From a virus (taxonomy: Duplodnaviria > Caudoviricetes): 64,000 nt of DNA. The notes beneath the pieces are model-generated. The model saw only the letters and a program-made list of their open reading frames with translations. It was not told where the DNA came from and searched no databases. Where the stretch lies: positions 1 to 64,000 of the IMG/VR virus record IMGVR_UViG_3300033463_000010. One strand, 5' to 3'. The position numbers and the translations under genes are program-made. Below are positions 37,961 through 48,996 of this stretch, piece by piece. Every line of letters starts with the position of its first letter. The first letter of the stretch is position 1.

Positions 37961-38302
37961 ATGGATTTTAACCACGATTATGACGGCACTAACGAATTGC
38001 TCGTTGTGGGCAGTCGTGAACGCTTGCAGGCTTGCAAGTGCGTGATTTTGGCGTTTGGGGATTTGGGTTATACGGACCCGCCCCTGCCCGATTTGAGTGA
38101 AGCTATCGGTGACTTTACGGATTACGACGGGCAGACCGCTGTAAAGAATAAAATCCGTGAAATCCTAATCCGCTCGCAGGTAGTCCGTGACGACGAAATC
38201 CTGGGCATTGATATAATTTCACAGGTTGGCGACGAAAGGTTCACCGTGGACTTGCAACTAACGTTCGGTAATGAAACTTTTGACGTAAACGGGATAGTGT
38301 AG
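37961..38302 (+). CDS. Putative gp25-like baseplate protein
   Basis: Size and position before the baseplate wedge gene. Confidence 0.45.
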   Translation: MDFNHDYDGTNELLVVGSRERLQACKCVILAFGDLGYTDPPLPDLSEAIGDFTDYDGQTAVKNKIREILIRSQVVRDDEILGIDIISQVGDERFTVDLQLTFGNETFDVNGIV

Positions 38303-38312
38303 AGGTTAAAGT

Positions 38313-40316
38313 ATGGCTCAACAGTTCTATGACCATTTTGCATTAGCGAACCTGTCCATACAGGAACGCTTGGGGCGTTCCGCAGCCACGCTTAATAAGG
38401 ACTCCGCAGTATTTGGGCAGCAGACCCGTTCGTTCTTGCAGATGCTTATGTATGGGCTTGACGCTATCACAGCCCGTTCCGCTTCGCACCTGCTCAATAT
38501 GGACGTGCTGTATAGCAACGACGCTTACTTGCTGAAACTTGCGGAAGGCATTCTGCTTAACAGCGTTGAGTCTATCACTCCCCCGAAGATTAACGCTGCA
38601 ACTCCGTTCCGCTTTTGGTCGGAACGCTCTTACACCCGTTGGAGTTCGCTAGGGACGATTTCGCTGAAAGACGGGACGAAGACGAACCTTATTGTGTTCA
38701 AGATTGACGCAACAGGTCACGTAGAAGGCTCCGACCTGGGGACTGAATACGAAGCCCTTTACTGTGCGGGCGACTACGTGCAGCAGACTATTGACAGCGG
38801 TTTTGACGGTTACACTCCTGGTATTTTTGCACCCGTGCTTATTCCCGAAACCTACAAGTCCGTATGGTCGGAGTCCGTTGAAGTTAAGTTGGAAATGGAT
38901 AGCGACGAAGACCCTATTTATCCGAAACTTGCCTGGTCCCTGGACGAACTTTTGTCTATGCCGAACGCAGACGACGCAGCCTTGATTCAGCATACCGCCC
39001 GTGGTATGACGCTGACCCTGGGTGACGGGGAAATCTTTGGCAAGGCTTATAACGGTGGCAGCGGTAAGGCTCATATTAAGCAGGTCATTGTGACCTACGT
39101 TAAGTGTGAAAGCCTTGCCCCTGTGGACCATTCTTCCATAAAGTTCAATTCGGACATTACGGAAATGTTCCTTAAAGGTGAAAGCACTCCGTTGCTTTCG
39201 CCTATGAACACGGGTGACACCCCGACTTCTTTGCGTTCCCGTGCCATAGCGGAATTTTTCGCTGCAAGCAAGATTACGGACGAACGTGACCTTGTGACCG
39301 AGGTTAGTAAGATACCGTTCGTGAAGTCCTGCTATGGACGCAGGGAGTATAATTGGTCTTCCTGGGTTACGGTATCTATGCTGTTAAAGGGCTATAACGA
39401 TTCTAAATACGGTCGTAACACAAAAGAACGACTGTTCTTTAACCGTTATAAGTATAGCAACTACCGTCGTTACAATCCTGGTGAAATGGTAGTCTATGGG
39501 ACGAACCTTTATGTTTGCTCCGACCCGAACCACAGGGGTGTTCCGTCGGCAAAGAACGGTTGGGCGTTCTATATGTCCTTGACGGACGGCAACAAACTTT
39601 CGCAGATTTACCAACGCTATTACCCGTCGTCCTGTGTGTATGACAATGCCACAATCGTGCTTTCGGGTCTAGTGTTGAAGAACCGCAGGTATTGGAGCGA
39701 AAACGGTATTTACTACCAGGGTGACGTTGTTTATCATTCAAAGACGAAGCAGCTTTGGCTTGCGTTGCGTGACGGTGGGCAGACTGTTGAACCTGGTAGC
39801 GAAGACGACGTGTCGCTGTATAGCGAAAACAGATTTTGGGCTACCCGTGAAGAAGCCGTTGAACTTGACGACGACAGTTCTACGGAGCAGGTCTATAACC
39901 TGTCTTACAAGTTTGACGACTACGAACAACTGACACAGGCTATCTTTGAATCCGAAATCAAGGGTTATTTCAACATAGCGGGCAAGTTGGGATTTACGTC
40001 TGTTGTGGTTGAACCGCTTGGGCAGGTTGGCGTAAGCGTTGACATTCAATACACCGCCCCTTATACGATGCAGCAGCAGGTCCGAAAGGCTATTGAAGAC
40101 TATGTTTGCTATCACGTAGGTAAGACCCTGGAAGCCGATACGCTCAACTCTATGCTTACTGAAAATTTCAACTTGTCGTCCGTCTATGTGACGATTAAGT
40201 TGGACTCTGTGGATAACTCGCAGAACGGTATTGAGTTGGTCTTGCCGTCGGCTACCTATGTGCCACCTAGCCTGCTCAATGTATCACTTAAAGAATATCT
40301 TGGAACGAGGAAGTAA
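38313..40316 (+). CDS. Baseplate wedge (gp6/J-like) protein
   Basis: LTLGDGEIFGK, TYVKC, TGDTPTSLRSRA..KITDERDL. Confidence 0.65.
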   Translation: MAQQFYDHFALANLSIQERLGRSAATLNKDSAVFGQQTRSFLQMLMYGLDAITARSASHLLNMDVLYSNDAYLLKLAEGILLNSVESITPPKINAATPFRFWSERSYTRWSSLGTISLKDGTKTNLIVFKIDATGHVEGSDLGTEYEALYCAGDYVQQTIDSGFDGYTPGIFAPVLIPETYKSVWSESVEVKLEMDSDEDPIYPKLAWSLDELLSMPNADDAALIQHTARGMTLTLGDGEIFGKAYNGGSGKAHIKQVIVTYVKCESLAPVDHSSIKFNSDITEMFLKGESTPLLSPMNTGDTPTSLRSRAIAEFFAASKITDERDLVTEVSKIPFVKSCYGRREYNWSSWVTVSMLLKGYNDSKYGRNTKERLFFNRYKYSNYRRYNPGEMVVYGTNLYVCSDPNHRGVPSAKNGWAFYMSLTDGNKLSQIYQRYYPSSCVYDNATIVLSGLVLKNRRYWSENGIYYQGDVVYHSKTKQLWLALRDGGQTVEPGSEDDVSLYSENRFWATREEAVELDDDSSTEQVYNLSYKFDDYEQLTQAIFESEIKGYFNIAGKLGFTSVVVEPLGQVGVSVDIQYTAPYTMQQQVRKAIEDYVCYHVGKTLEADTLNSMLTENFNLSSVYVTIKLDSVDNSQNGIELVLPSATYVPPSLLNVSLKEYLGTRK

Positions 40317-40319
40317 CCT

Positions 40320-41087
40320 ATGGAACAAATGCCTGCTGCTATCGTTGATTTCGCTGCTGCTTTGAAGTTGCTTGGGCAGTCCCAAAGCGACGTTGCCGAA
40401 ATCGTAACAAAGTGGGACTTAATCTGTAATACCGACACGCCCCGCACTGTTGAAATTCAGTTGTCTAACGGGGTTCATAAGGTAGATAACCTCGCTAAAA
40501 TCCGCAACGATTTGATTAAGGGTTTGTCCCTTGATGAACCGAAAGTAAAGTCTGTGCAGTTTTCGGCATACCGTGTGAGCGGTAGAATTTCCGCTACGGA
40601 CCGCATATCTAATGCGTGGCACGAAGCAGAGGAAGACCCGTATGAACCGACACGGGTGGGTTGGGAAACTTCGGCACGTTTTGGCAATTCGGATATTGAA
40701 TCCGTGTGTATGCCTACTACGTCCAACATTACCGTGCGTATGAGTGCCTTACGCCCCGTTATCTTTGTCGGTTGGGCTACGGGGACGGACGGCAACCCGA
40801 TTACGACGTTTGACATTCACATAAAGTCTATGCAATCTGCGTGGTCTAGTTCCTTGTATAGCGAAAAGCAGTATTATACCAGGACTACGTTTGTGAATAC
40901 GAACCCTAACGGTGACGACGTTACGATTAGACTTTGGTATGACGATACTAACCCGAATGGCTATTTTACCCGTGTGCTGCCTGTTCGTAAGAGTTTCACT
41001 GTTCTTGTTTGGGCTGCTCTTGGGCAAAACCTGGTGAACATCTTTGAACTTAAAGAAGATATTGAGGGGGAACTGACTAATGGCTAG
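40320..41087 (+). CDS. Putative baseplate/tail protein
   Basis: Position in the structural operon. Confidence 0.5.
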   Translation: MEQMPAAIVDFAAALKLLGQSQSDVAEIVTKWDLICNTDTPRTVEIQLSNGVHKVDNLAKIRNDLIKGLSLDEPKVKSVQFSAYRVSGRISATDRISNAWHEAEEDPYEPTRVGWETSARFGNSDIESVCMPTTSNITVRMSALRPVIFVGWATGTDGNPITTFDIHIKSMQSAWSSSLYSEKQYYTRTTFVNTNPNGDDVTIRLWYDDTNPNGYFTRVLPVRKSFTVLVWAALGQNLVNIFELKEDIEGELTNG

Positions 41088-42312
41088 TATTGCAGATAGC
41101 TCTACTTCTCTTGAAGCTATGAAGTCTGCCAACGACGACTTCGTTGAACTCATTTTGAAGTTGAAGTCCCTGCTTAATGGCAAGGAACCCGTCACGTTCA
41201 ATATGGGTAAATACAGTATAACCGTGCAGTCCGTCCTGGATTTGATTTCTAACTACAAGGACGGCAAGTTTGACGAACTGTATTTGGGCGGTCAAGGCGT
41301 TGGGAAGAAAGTCAAGTTGTCCGTTGACGCTAACGGTAATTTGTGCGTCACCGATACCGACGGCTACAAGGTTTCCGTATCGTGCAGCAAGATAATTTCT
41401 GCGACCATTCAGCAGTGCTACGCAAAGTATGTCACTGCAAAAGACGTGCGTATAAGTTCGCTTGAAGGCAGGACTTCTGTTAAGGGTGGTTCCGTCAAAT
41501 TCTCTAATATGTCTTTTGAGAATTTGAAAGTCAACAACCTGGAAGCACAGAAAGTCAAGACTAACGTTTTGAACGTTGAGTCTGCCCTTAACTGCGACGG
41601 CATTCTTCTTACGGGTGTTCGTAAGTTTGCTCCGCAGCTTGTTCGTAGAATGTTCTATCGTGACAACAGCCCGATAGACAATGCAGCGAACTCGGTAGTT
41701 ATTGAAAACAACGTGTGGAATATGAACGCAGGTGGCGGTAAACTTTCCCCGCTTGATTTTGGGTTCTCGGAGGCAGAAAACCCGACGCAGTTGCAGGCTA
41801 CTTCTGCGGTGCCCGACATTATTCAAATTTGTGGGAATAATAAGTTTAGTGATTTCACGACACGGAGTCAAGTTTTCTTTAAGACATACAAGCAAGCTAT
41901 GACCGTCCCTGGGAATGTTGCTGCGTATGTGTCTGCTCCGAACAGCGATAGCTACTATGATATAGCGTTTGAGGGCAGTAACTATTCGTTTGCTGCTTTA
42001 ATGGCATTCCCTACGGGTGGTTTTTCTTCTACGCTTACAGAAAAGGGTGCGTTATACCTTACGTCGTTCTCTGCCAACGATATTGGTAAGGAAATCTATT
42101 ATCAAACCTATGACCAGGATTGGTATATTTACAGGACGATGATTTTGGCGTATTCGTCTGCAACTGCAAAGATACCCGCTGTTGGTTTCGGTGCTTACAC
42201 GAAAATTCCTAAATACTCTTGTGTTCGGTTTATCGTGGGTTGCACGGACGAAACCAAAACCGAGGGTTCGTCTTCTTCAAGAACTGTAACTTACTCTTTG
42301 GATTTATCGTAG
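41080..42312 (+). CDS. Putative baseplate/tail protein
   Basis: Beta-rich; coupled ORF. Confidence 0.5.
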   Translation: MASIADSSTSLEAMKSANDDFVELILKLKSLLNGKEPVTFNMGKYSITVQSVLDLISNYKDGKFDELYLGGQGVGKKVKLSVDANGNLCVTDTDGYKVSVSCSKIISATIQQCYAKYVTAKDVRISSLEGRTSVKGGSVKFSNMSFENLKVNNLEAQKVKTNVLNVESALNCDGILLTGVRKFAPQLVRRMFYRDNSPIDNAANSVVIENNVWNMNAGGGKLSPLDFGFSEAENPTQLQATSAVPDIIQICGNNKFSDFTTRSQVFFKTYKQAMTVPGNVAAYVSAPNSDSYYDIAFEGSNYSFAALMAFPTGGFSSTLTEKGALYLTSFSANDIGKEIYYQTYDQDWYIYRTMILAYSSATAKIPAVGFGAYTKIPKYSCVRFIVGCTDETKTEGSSSSRTVTYSLDLS

Positions 42313-42315
42313 CTT

Positions 42316-43698
42316 ATGTTGAACGCTCATACTGCCATACGGACTTTTAGGGAACTTCAATTTGACGTAAGGGCTTTCCTTTACGCCCTGTATGACATTT
42401 ATCCCGCAGAGGGTCACGAAGACAAGGGCGTTGTTGAAATCAAGTGGTCCGACGGCTCCGTTGACGTTGTTCCGACCTTTGAGTTTGTTCGGGGTATGTG
42501 CAACGCAACGTTCTTGAAAGTTATTGTTGGCGGGTTAGCAGAACTAATCCCCGAAATTACTACAATCCCTATCCAGGGCGGTAAGTATCAAAAGACTACG
42601 CTCAACCTGGACATTAAGGGTGCCCCGCTCAAGGCTAACTTCCCCGAAATCGGTGATACCGATACGGATTTGACGGTTGACGGTGGAACGATTGTAAAGC
42701 TAGTCGCAGACACCGTTGAACTTCCGTATGACGCAGTTATTTCAAAGGTGGAAGCTACCGAAGAACTTTATTCTACTAATGCCGACGCTACGTCCGCTGA
42801 AATCGGGCAGCTTTATCTTGAAAACGGCAGCATACTGACACGGGGCGACTCCCCGTATTCCTACCCGTTTACGCTTGACTTGTCAAAGGTTGCGTGGAAC
42901 CAGGCTTTGCAGTTGGGGACCAGGTTTAGAGGTTCGTATGACTTATCCTGCTACACGCAGACGCAATACAGCGGGAATGCCGTAGGGTTGTTTAAGGTTA
43001 CGGGTTATTTCCGCTACGATACCGTAGGCTATGCCGAATACGCAGGTCATTTCAAGCGTTATCACGCAGGTGTTATCGTTGAAATTCCTGTGTTCAAAAG
43101 CATATCCTATGGCGGTTCTGCAAGGGGTGGTAGTTACACTAACATAGAGTTTGAAACTTACCCTATGCCAAAGGTGAATTACCCCGATTATAGTATGACC
43201 GAGGAAATGCCCGTTTCGGAAATTCCGAACATAGTTATGCTCTATCCGTTCAAGGAAACACGAACAAAGGACCATTGGTATGGCACCTGTTATATGACGC
43301 TGCGTGAGCCTACCGAGGACGAACAGGATAGGATTGTGACTGTCCGCAACCCGACTTCAAAGACGCTTAAACTTTGCAACGCTTGGGCGTTTTCTGTTGC
43401 GAATAAAAGGCGTGAAACTGTAAGGGGCGGTTCTAATTGGATTAGCTCTGCTGTAAGAGCAGCCACGGATATTGCTATCGGGTTTAGTAGCCCATTCTTG
43501 GGTGCAGCCGTAGTAGGCGGTGCTTCTACGACTACACAGGACGATACGGTTTACGGCTCCGTTGAAGATTTGAACTATATTGAAATCCCCCCGTTTTCGG
43601 CAATAGATTTCCTGTTCCAATGGGAAATTAAGGGTGGACTTCTGTATGCGTATATGCTCCCAATGTTTATGCCGTTGACGGGCGACGGTAACGATTAA
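42316..43698 (+). CDS. Putative baseplate/tail protein
   Basis: Position in the structural operon. Confidence 0.5.
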   Translation: MLNAHTAIRTFRELQFDVRAFLYALYDIYPAEGHEDKGVVEIKWSDGSVDVVPTFEFVRGMCNATFLKVIVGGLAELIPEITTIPIQGGKYQKTTLNLDIKGAPLKANFPEIGDTDTDLTVDGGTIVKLVADTVELPYDAVISKVEATEELYSTNADATSAEIGQLYLENGSILTRGDSPYSYPFTLDLSKVAWNQALQLGTRFRGSYDLSCYTQTQYSGNAVGLFKVTGYFRYDTVGYAEYAGHFKRYHAGVIVEIPVFKSISYGGSARGGSYTNIEFETYPMPKVNYPDYSMTEEMPVSEIPNIVMLYPFKETRTKDHWYGTCYMTLREPTEDEQDRIVTVRNPTSKTLKLCNAWAFSVANKRRETVRGGSNWISSAVRAATDIAIGFSSPFLGAAVVGGASTTTQDDTVYGSVEDLNYIEIPPFSAIDFLFQWEIKGGLLYAYMLPMFMPLTGDGND

Positions 43699-43709
43699 GG
43701 GGTTTGCTA

Positions 43710-46691
43710 ATGAACGATTTCATTGATACAAGTTACAAGCGTTCCTACATTGTAGTGTCTGCGTCCGCAGACGGTGTTGTTCTGCGTCCTGTTGAAGACG
43801 AAACCTTGCTGTCCTATTGGCGTGAATTTTTGTCGGGTTACATTACTGACCCGCTGCCCGAAGACGTGACACCGATAATCACGCTCACGCAGTTGCCTAT
43901 TGAAGTTTTGAAAGTTGACGCTTATGTGGATTACGTCGTGGAATATCCCCGTGTGTCCGTGTCTTATGGCAGCTATTCCGTTGACGTATCGGATAGGGTT
44001 TCGGTGAATCACCCGAACCCCGAAACGCCTGGGTTGTATGCCCTGGACTTCACGATTTCAGTGAGTGGCGAAAAGACTACACCGATTTGGCGTTCCTGGG
44101 TTTCTATTGAGGAACCTCCGCTGCTCCGACATATTGTGACCCCGTGGAACCGCTCTAACAAGGCTCTTGCGGACTTGAACCGTCTTGTCATTGAGCCACA
44201 GTTTAACGAGGCTCTTTACGAAGCAGGTGTGCCCATTTACAACTTCCAACAGGCTAACGCTCCCGCAGCGGTCAGTCAGTTTGCTGCGTTGAAGTATAAG
44301 GATGCCCGTGCTATCGTGATTGACAACCGCCTGTTTATTTCGGGTCCACGTCTGCCTGTTGGAACCGAAGTGACCGTGAACGGTATGACCCGTATGTTGG
44401 GTGTTACACTTGTTTGCCCGCAGTTCTCTAACCAGGACGTTTACACAAAGGGCGACGTGGTTAGCTACTGTGGTTCGGACTACTACGCACTTGACGACGT
44501 TCCGACAAGAAAATACCCCGACCCGAACGACGAAACGAAGACTATAACGGGTAGCGTCTTGCCGACGGCTACTTTTTCCGAAGATGGGGTGGACCGCACG
44601 TATTGGCTGCGGGGTTGCTATTATTCCGTTGCTCCGATGTATTTGCCCGACGGTGAGTATGAACTAACGTCGCTTTGGGCGGTCCTGGACGTGAGCGGGT
44701 ATATGTTCAAAATGGACCTGCTCCGTGCGTTCCCCGTCCGTCACTATTGGGGTCATTACGACAGAAAGTATTTCCTGGATTACGCAGCGGGCGACCTGGT
44801 GTCGGTTGTTGACGACAACGTAATTACGCTCTATCAGCGTAACGAAACGTCCATAGCCGAAGACGGTATTGAAGAAGCCTACCGCCCTGGTCACTATTTG
44901 AACCCGCATTGGACGGAAGTGTATTCTGCGTCCAATAATTCTATGCTGCGGGACCCGATTATCAAGCCTTACACTAATTCCACGAATGCGGTAATTAGTA
45001 AGACGTGCCCCGCCCGTGAAGAAGCATTCCGTATTTATGCGAAGTTGGTTGACATTCCGTTCGCACTTGTGGACGCATTGGGTTCAAAATACAGCGTCCT
45101 GTTATGGGCGTTGCTTTACAGGACCCGTGAAACGTTCCCAGGCATTAAGGCTGCGATGAACGCTATCGGTATGGAATTATCCAACCTGCGTAGGGCTAGT
45201 CCGTCCGTTGTCTATTCGCAGTATAGCGAGGGCGGTATTCAGTCCGAAATCAAGGACGTTTATACCGAAATCGGAAAAGTCAAGGAAATCGCAAAGTCCG
45301 TAAAGGCTGACAAGGTTTGGACCGAGGGGCGTTCCTTGCTGTATAAGGACGACCCCGACGTTGACGTTCCGTGGATTAGGTATTCGCAGGAAGGCGAAGA
45401 CCCCGACACCGTTTGGATTTACAAGCGTAACAGCGGAACGTCGGACGCAGGTAGTTGGGAAAAGTTCTATTCGTTTGTCCATATCGGTAGCGATAGGGAT
45501 ATTTCGGAATATGACTACTCCGTGAACAACCGCTATTACAGGGCAGACGCAAGCCTGTTGGACCGTTTGGCAGAAGACGGTGTTATTGATATGGGCGACG
45601 GCTTGCAGTGGATTGACGACGACACCTTTGTGGGCTTGTCGCTCGCACTCACTACGCTGCTTTCCTACGAAATCCCGATTTACATTTATTTCCGTTTGAA
45701 GGTCCGTCTTGCGACCGTCGGTCACACCCGTCTGCGTGGGATTTCAAAGCCTGTGTTCTTGCAGGATTCCTGGGGCGGTCCTATCGGTCTTAAACTGTTC
45801 CCTGGCAAGTATTTTGATTTTGTAACTATGGAAGTCGTAGAATGCTATCCGACTGTGTTCTATGTCTATGCGGACGACCCCGAAGACAAGCCGTCAAGTG
45901 ATAGCCCCGACACGGATTGGACGAAGTGCGTTGAGTTCGTGGATATGGGCACCTACCGTTATTACCCGTTTGACAGGGCTGTTTACTTGCGTATAAAATA
46001 TACGGGTGACAACGCTTCGCTTATTTACAGGGTAGCCCGTGGCATTGACTACGACGATAGAGAAGAGGGCGTAACCCGTTTCAAGTGGTGTTGGACTTCC
46101 CGTTACACAATCGGCTGTCTAGGCAACTCCGAATCGCCAGGAACAGACGATTACAAGGTTCGTCCAGGCGACCACGGTTTTGACGGCTTTGAAGACGCTA
46201 CTCAAATGAACCCGACGGACAACGACCGCCACGGCTCCGATATTTACTTGTGCAAGGGTATCGCTGCAATTACGCTGCGTATCGCTACGGACAACTTGAA
46301 AGTTACCGCAGAAGCTATGCAGTGGCAGTATATTTTCAATGACCCCGAATGGACTATGGGTGATACGGAGGACGCTTTGCGGTTTGCGGGTTGGCACCCA
46401 CTTGACGGTGTGAAAATGATAGGCTGTTGGGTTGGTGACGTTGCGTCCTTTAAGAGTATGATTTACAGGGTTACGTCACCCGAAGTAAGCAATTTGGAAT
46501 GTCAGTGGGACACCGACGAACCTACCTTAAAAGTCCGTGGTGGCATTCCACGCTTCCTGTATCTGTGGGACCGCCAGGGGTTCATTAGGGGTATGCTTAT
46601 CGTCCCGTTCACGGACCGTTTGGTTGACAAGATAGACAATCCAGGCGAGGACGATTGGCAGTTCAAGTTTACGTTTGATGTAAGTGAATAG
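43710..46691 (+). CDS. Large baseplate-associated protein
   Basis: ~994 aa; Y.KGDVV.Y carbohydrate-binding-like repeats. Confidence 0.55.
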   Translation: MNDFIDTSYKRSYIVVSASADGVVLRPVEDETLLSYWREFLSGYITDPLPEDVTPIITLTQLPIEVLKVDAYVDYVVEYPRVSVSYGSYSVDVSDRVSVNHPNPETPGLYALDFTISVSGEKTTPIWRSWVSIEEPPLLRHIVTPWNRSNKALADLNRLVIEPQFNEALYEAGVPIYNFQQANAPAAVSQFAALKYKDARAIVIDNRLFISGPRLPVGTEVTVNGMTRMLGVTLVCPQFSNQDVYTKGDVVSYCGSDYYALDDVPTRKYPDPNDETKTITGSVLPTATFSEDGVDRTYWLRGCYYSVAPMYLPDGEYELTSLWAVLDVSGYMFKMDLLRAFPVRHYWGHYDRKYFLDYAAGDLVSVVDDNVITLYQRNETSIAEDGIEEAYRPGHYLNPHWTEVYSASNNSMLRDPIIKPYTNSTNAVISKTCPAREEAFRIYAKLVDIPFALVDALGSKYSVLLWALLYRTRETFPGIKAAMNAIGMELSNLRRASPSVVYSQYSEGGIQSEIKDVYTEIGKVKEIAKSVKADKVWTEGRSLLYKDDPDVDVPWIRYSQEGEDPDTVWIYKRNSGTSDAGSWEKFYSFVHIGSDRDISEYDYSVNNRYYRADASLLDRLAEDGVIDMGDGLQWIDDDTFVGLSLALTTLLSYEIPIYIYFRLKVRLATVGHTRLRGISKPVFLQDSWGGPIGLKLFPGKYFDFVTMEVVECYPTVFYVYADDPEDKPSSDSPDTDWTKCVEFVDMGTYRYYPFDRAVYLRIKYTGDNASLIYRVARGIDYDDREEGVTRFKWCWTSRYTIGCLGNSESPGTDDYKVRPGDHGFDGFEDATQMNPTDNDRHGSDIYLCKGIAAITLRIATDNLKVTAEAMQWQYIFNDPEWTMGDTEDALRFAGWHPLDGVKMIGCWVGDVASFKSMIYRVTSPEVSNLECQWDTDEPTLKVRGGIPRFLYLWDRQGFIRGMLIVPFTDRLVDKIDNPGEDDWQFKFTFDVSE

Positions 46692-46850
46692 TAGTCCTTA
46701 AATAAAAGTTGCATTTATAACTAAATAAATGTATATTTAGTGTAAAGATTGTTAGAAAGTTACGGTTCTAATAATAGGAAGAATTTTTAAGAAAGCCTGC
46801 AAAGGCTTAATCCTGTCATTACCGTAACTAATGGCAGGATTTTTTGTTTT

Positions 46851-48089
46851 ATGGTAATCACAAAAGGCATAGAGTTACGGTTAGACCCTACGAAGGCACA
46901 GAAGATATACTTCAATAAGTGTATCGGTTCCGAACGTGTAGCCTATAACGCTATGCTGAATACGAAGATTACATTGTATCGTAATTATGGTGTTAAGAAT
47001 TTTAGCCCTAATTGGAGTTCATTAAAGGACTTCTATCCGTGGATGAAGGACGTAGATAGTCGTTGCCTTAATTATGCTAAAATAGAAGTGGAAACGGCTT
47101 TTAAGAATTGGTTTAGGTCTTTGAAAAACGGAGGAAATGTAGGTTTTCCAAAATTCAAGAAAAAGGCACACGCAGGAAAGTATCATAACACTTCAATGCC
47201 TAGCACACCCGACAGATTGTTCAAGGGTAACAGGATATTCATACCTGTAATCAAGTGGGTTAAGTTTAGGGGCTATAAGAATTTAGACCTTAAACATATC
47301 AAGAAAATCCGCAACTTAACTATTAAGCGGACGAACACAAATAAGTATTTTGTGTCTGTATGCTGCGATGTAGAAGTTCAAGAATACGAACATACAGGTA
47401 GTTGCGTAGGACTTGACTTGGGTGTTAAGGATTTAATCATCACTTCAAGTGGTGAAAAGTTTGAAAACAAGCACTTATTGAAGAACTCCGAAAAGCGTAT
47501 AAAGCATTTACAAAGAATTTTATCTAAAAAGAAGAAAGGCAGCAAGAACCGTGAGAAAGCACGGCTTAAACTTGCTACCGCCTATGAGAAACTAGGCAAC
47601 AAGAGAAAAGATTACCTTCATAAACTGACAACGAAAATTGTTCGTGAGAACGACATAATCTGCATAGAGGACTTGAATGTTCGTGGTATGCTCAAAAACC
47701 ATAAACTAGCAAAGTCTATATCCGATTGTTCGTTCTCAATGATACGGTTTATGCTGTCATACAAGTGCGGTTGGTATGGACGAAAACTTGTCGTGATAGA
47801 CAGGTGGAGTCCGACTAGCAAGTGCTGTTCCTGTTGCGGACACGTTATCCCCGTTATTGGCTTGGGTGTGCGGGAGTGGGTCTGCCCTAAATGTGGTGTT
47901 TGCCACGATAGGGACGTAAACGCAGCAAAGAACATACTTGATGAAGGTTTAAGACTTTTAGATGTAGGGTGCGTTCCACCCGAATTTAAGCCTGGGGAGA
48001 ACCCGCCTATGGATGACCGTCTAGCGATAGACCTAAAAAGTAGTGGTTCTGCGAAGCAGGAATCCTGCACGGCATTAAAGTGCGGGTAG
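46851..48089 (+). CDS. tnpB: TnpB RNA-guided endonuclease; right end hairpin plus TTCAC at 48094
   Basis: GLDLG, CIEDL, CSCCG..CPKCG, RDVNAAKNI. Confidence 0.93.
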   Translation: MVITKGIELRLDPTKAQKIYFNKCIGSERVAYNAMLNTKITLYRNYGVKNFSPNWSSLKDFYPWMKDVDSRCLNYAKIEVETAFKNWFRSLKNGGNVGFPKFKKKAHAGKYHNTSMPSTPDRLFKGNRIFIPVIKWVKFRGYKNLDLKHIKKIRNLTIKRTNTNKYFVSVCCDVEVQEYEHTGSCVGLDLGVKDLIITSSGEKFENKHLLKNSEKRIKHLQRILSKKKKGSKNREKARLKLATAYEKLGNKRKDYLHKLTTKIVRENDIICIEDLNVRGMLKNHKLAKSISDCSFSMIRFMLSYKCGWYGRKLVVIDRWSPTSKCCSCCGHVIPVIGLGVREWVCPKCGVCHDRDVNAAKNILDEGLRLLDVGCVPPEFKPGENPPMDDRLAIDLKSSGSAKQESCTALKCG

Positions 48090-48189
48090 TTCACGCAATA
48101 TACCAACAGGATTATATTTGTTAGTCGTAGTATAATATATTATATTTAGACTGTATGTTAAGGAACAAAGCCCTGGAGGAATTTTAGCT

Positions 48190-48996
48190 ATGGCGACCAA
48201 ATATGATATGCTCACTAACGAGGGTAGCCTTGCGTTAGCCCGTGCCGTTTCTACGGGAGCTAAACTTGTAATCCGTGGGGCGACGCTCTGTAATGTTTCT
48301 AGCGGTATGGCTTCGGTGGACGAAGTGGCTGCACTTAAATGGTCCGATATTTCGTCGTTTGCTCTTGAAGACGCAGACTTGCCCTGCACAAGCTACCTGC
48401 CGTGTATGTATGACAGCCAGGGTGCCGAAACGGGAAAGCCTATTGCTGCCCTGGATATTGAGTTTACGTTTATGCCGTCGGGTGACGTTGAATACAACGT
48501 TATAGCTGTTTTGGCAGACCTTTACTATATGTTCGCCCCGTTCGCAAAGAACGGCAACTACAAGACGGGTGACACCGTTTGGTATTTGGGCAACAACGAC
48601 GTGTATGAGTATTACCGCTGTATTGAATCCGTGGATAGCTCCGATTACCCGCAGAACGATACGACCCATTGGGAGTCGGTTACGGTTTACAACCAACTTG
48701 ACACGTCCGTGTATAACGGCAATCTGCAATACAAGACAATCAGCGACGAACCTATCTTGCTGTATGTTTCAAAGACGGCAGGCGTTGTCAATATCGGTCC
48801 CGAAATTGAAATTGACTACAAGGTTCGTTTGTATCTTGAAGGTGTCAAGAACGCTGCGGACGTTAAGGAATACGTTGTCTTTGATACGTTGGGTCCCGAA
48901 TTTATGGCTTCCACACAGATGGTGCTTTTGGCTGAATTTGCCGACGCTATGAAGCATATCCGTGACGTAGCCGTTGAACGGGCGGGGAGGTCCTAA
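48190..48996 (+). CDS. Tail-fibre attachment/baseplate protein
   Basis: LTNEG..ALA N-terminus typical of tail-collar/fibre proteins. Confidence 0.5.
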   Translation: MATKYDMLTNEGSLALARAVSTGAKLVIRGATLCNVSSGMASVDEVAALKWSDISSFALEDADLPCTSYLPCMYDSQGAETGKPIAALDIEFTFMPSGDVEYNVIAVLADLYYMFAPFAKNGNYKTGDTVWYLGNNDVYEYYRCIESVDSSDYPQNDTTHWESVTVYNQLDTSVYNGNLQYKTISDEPILLYVSKTAGVVNIGPEIEIDYKVRLYLEGVKNAADVKEYVVFDTLGPEFMASTQMVLLAEFADAMKHIRDVAVERAGRS

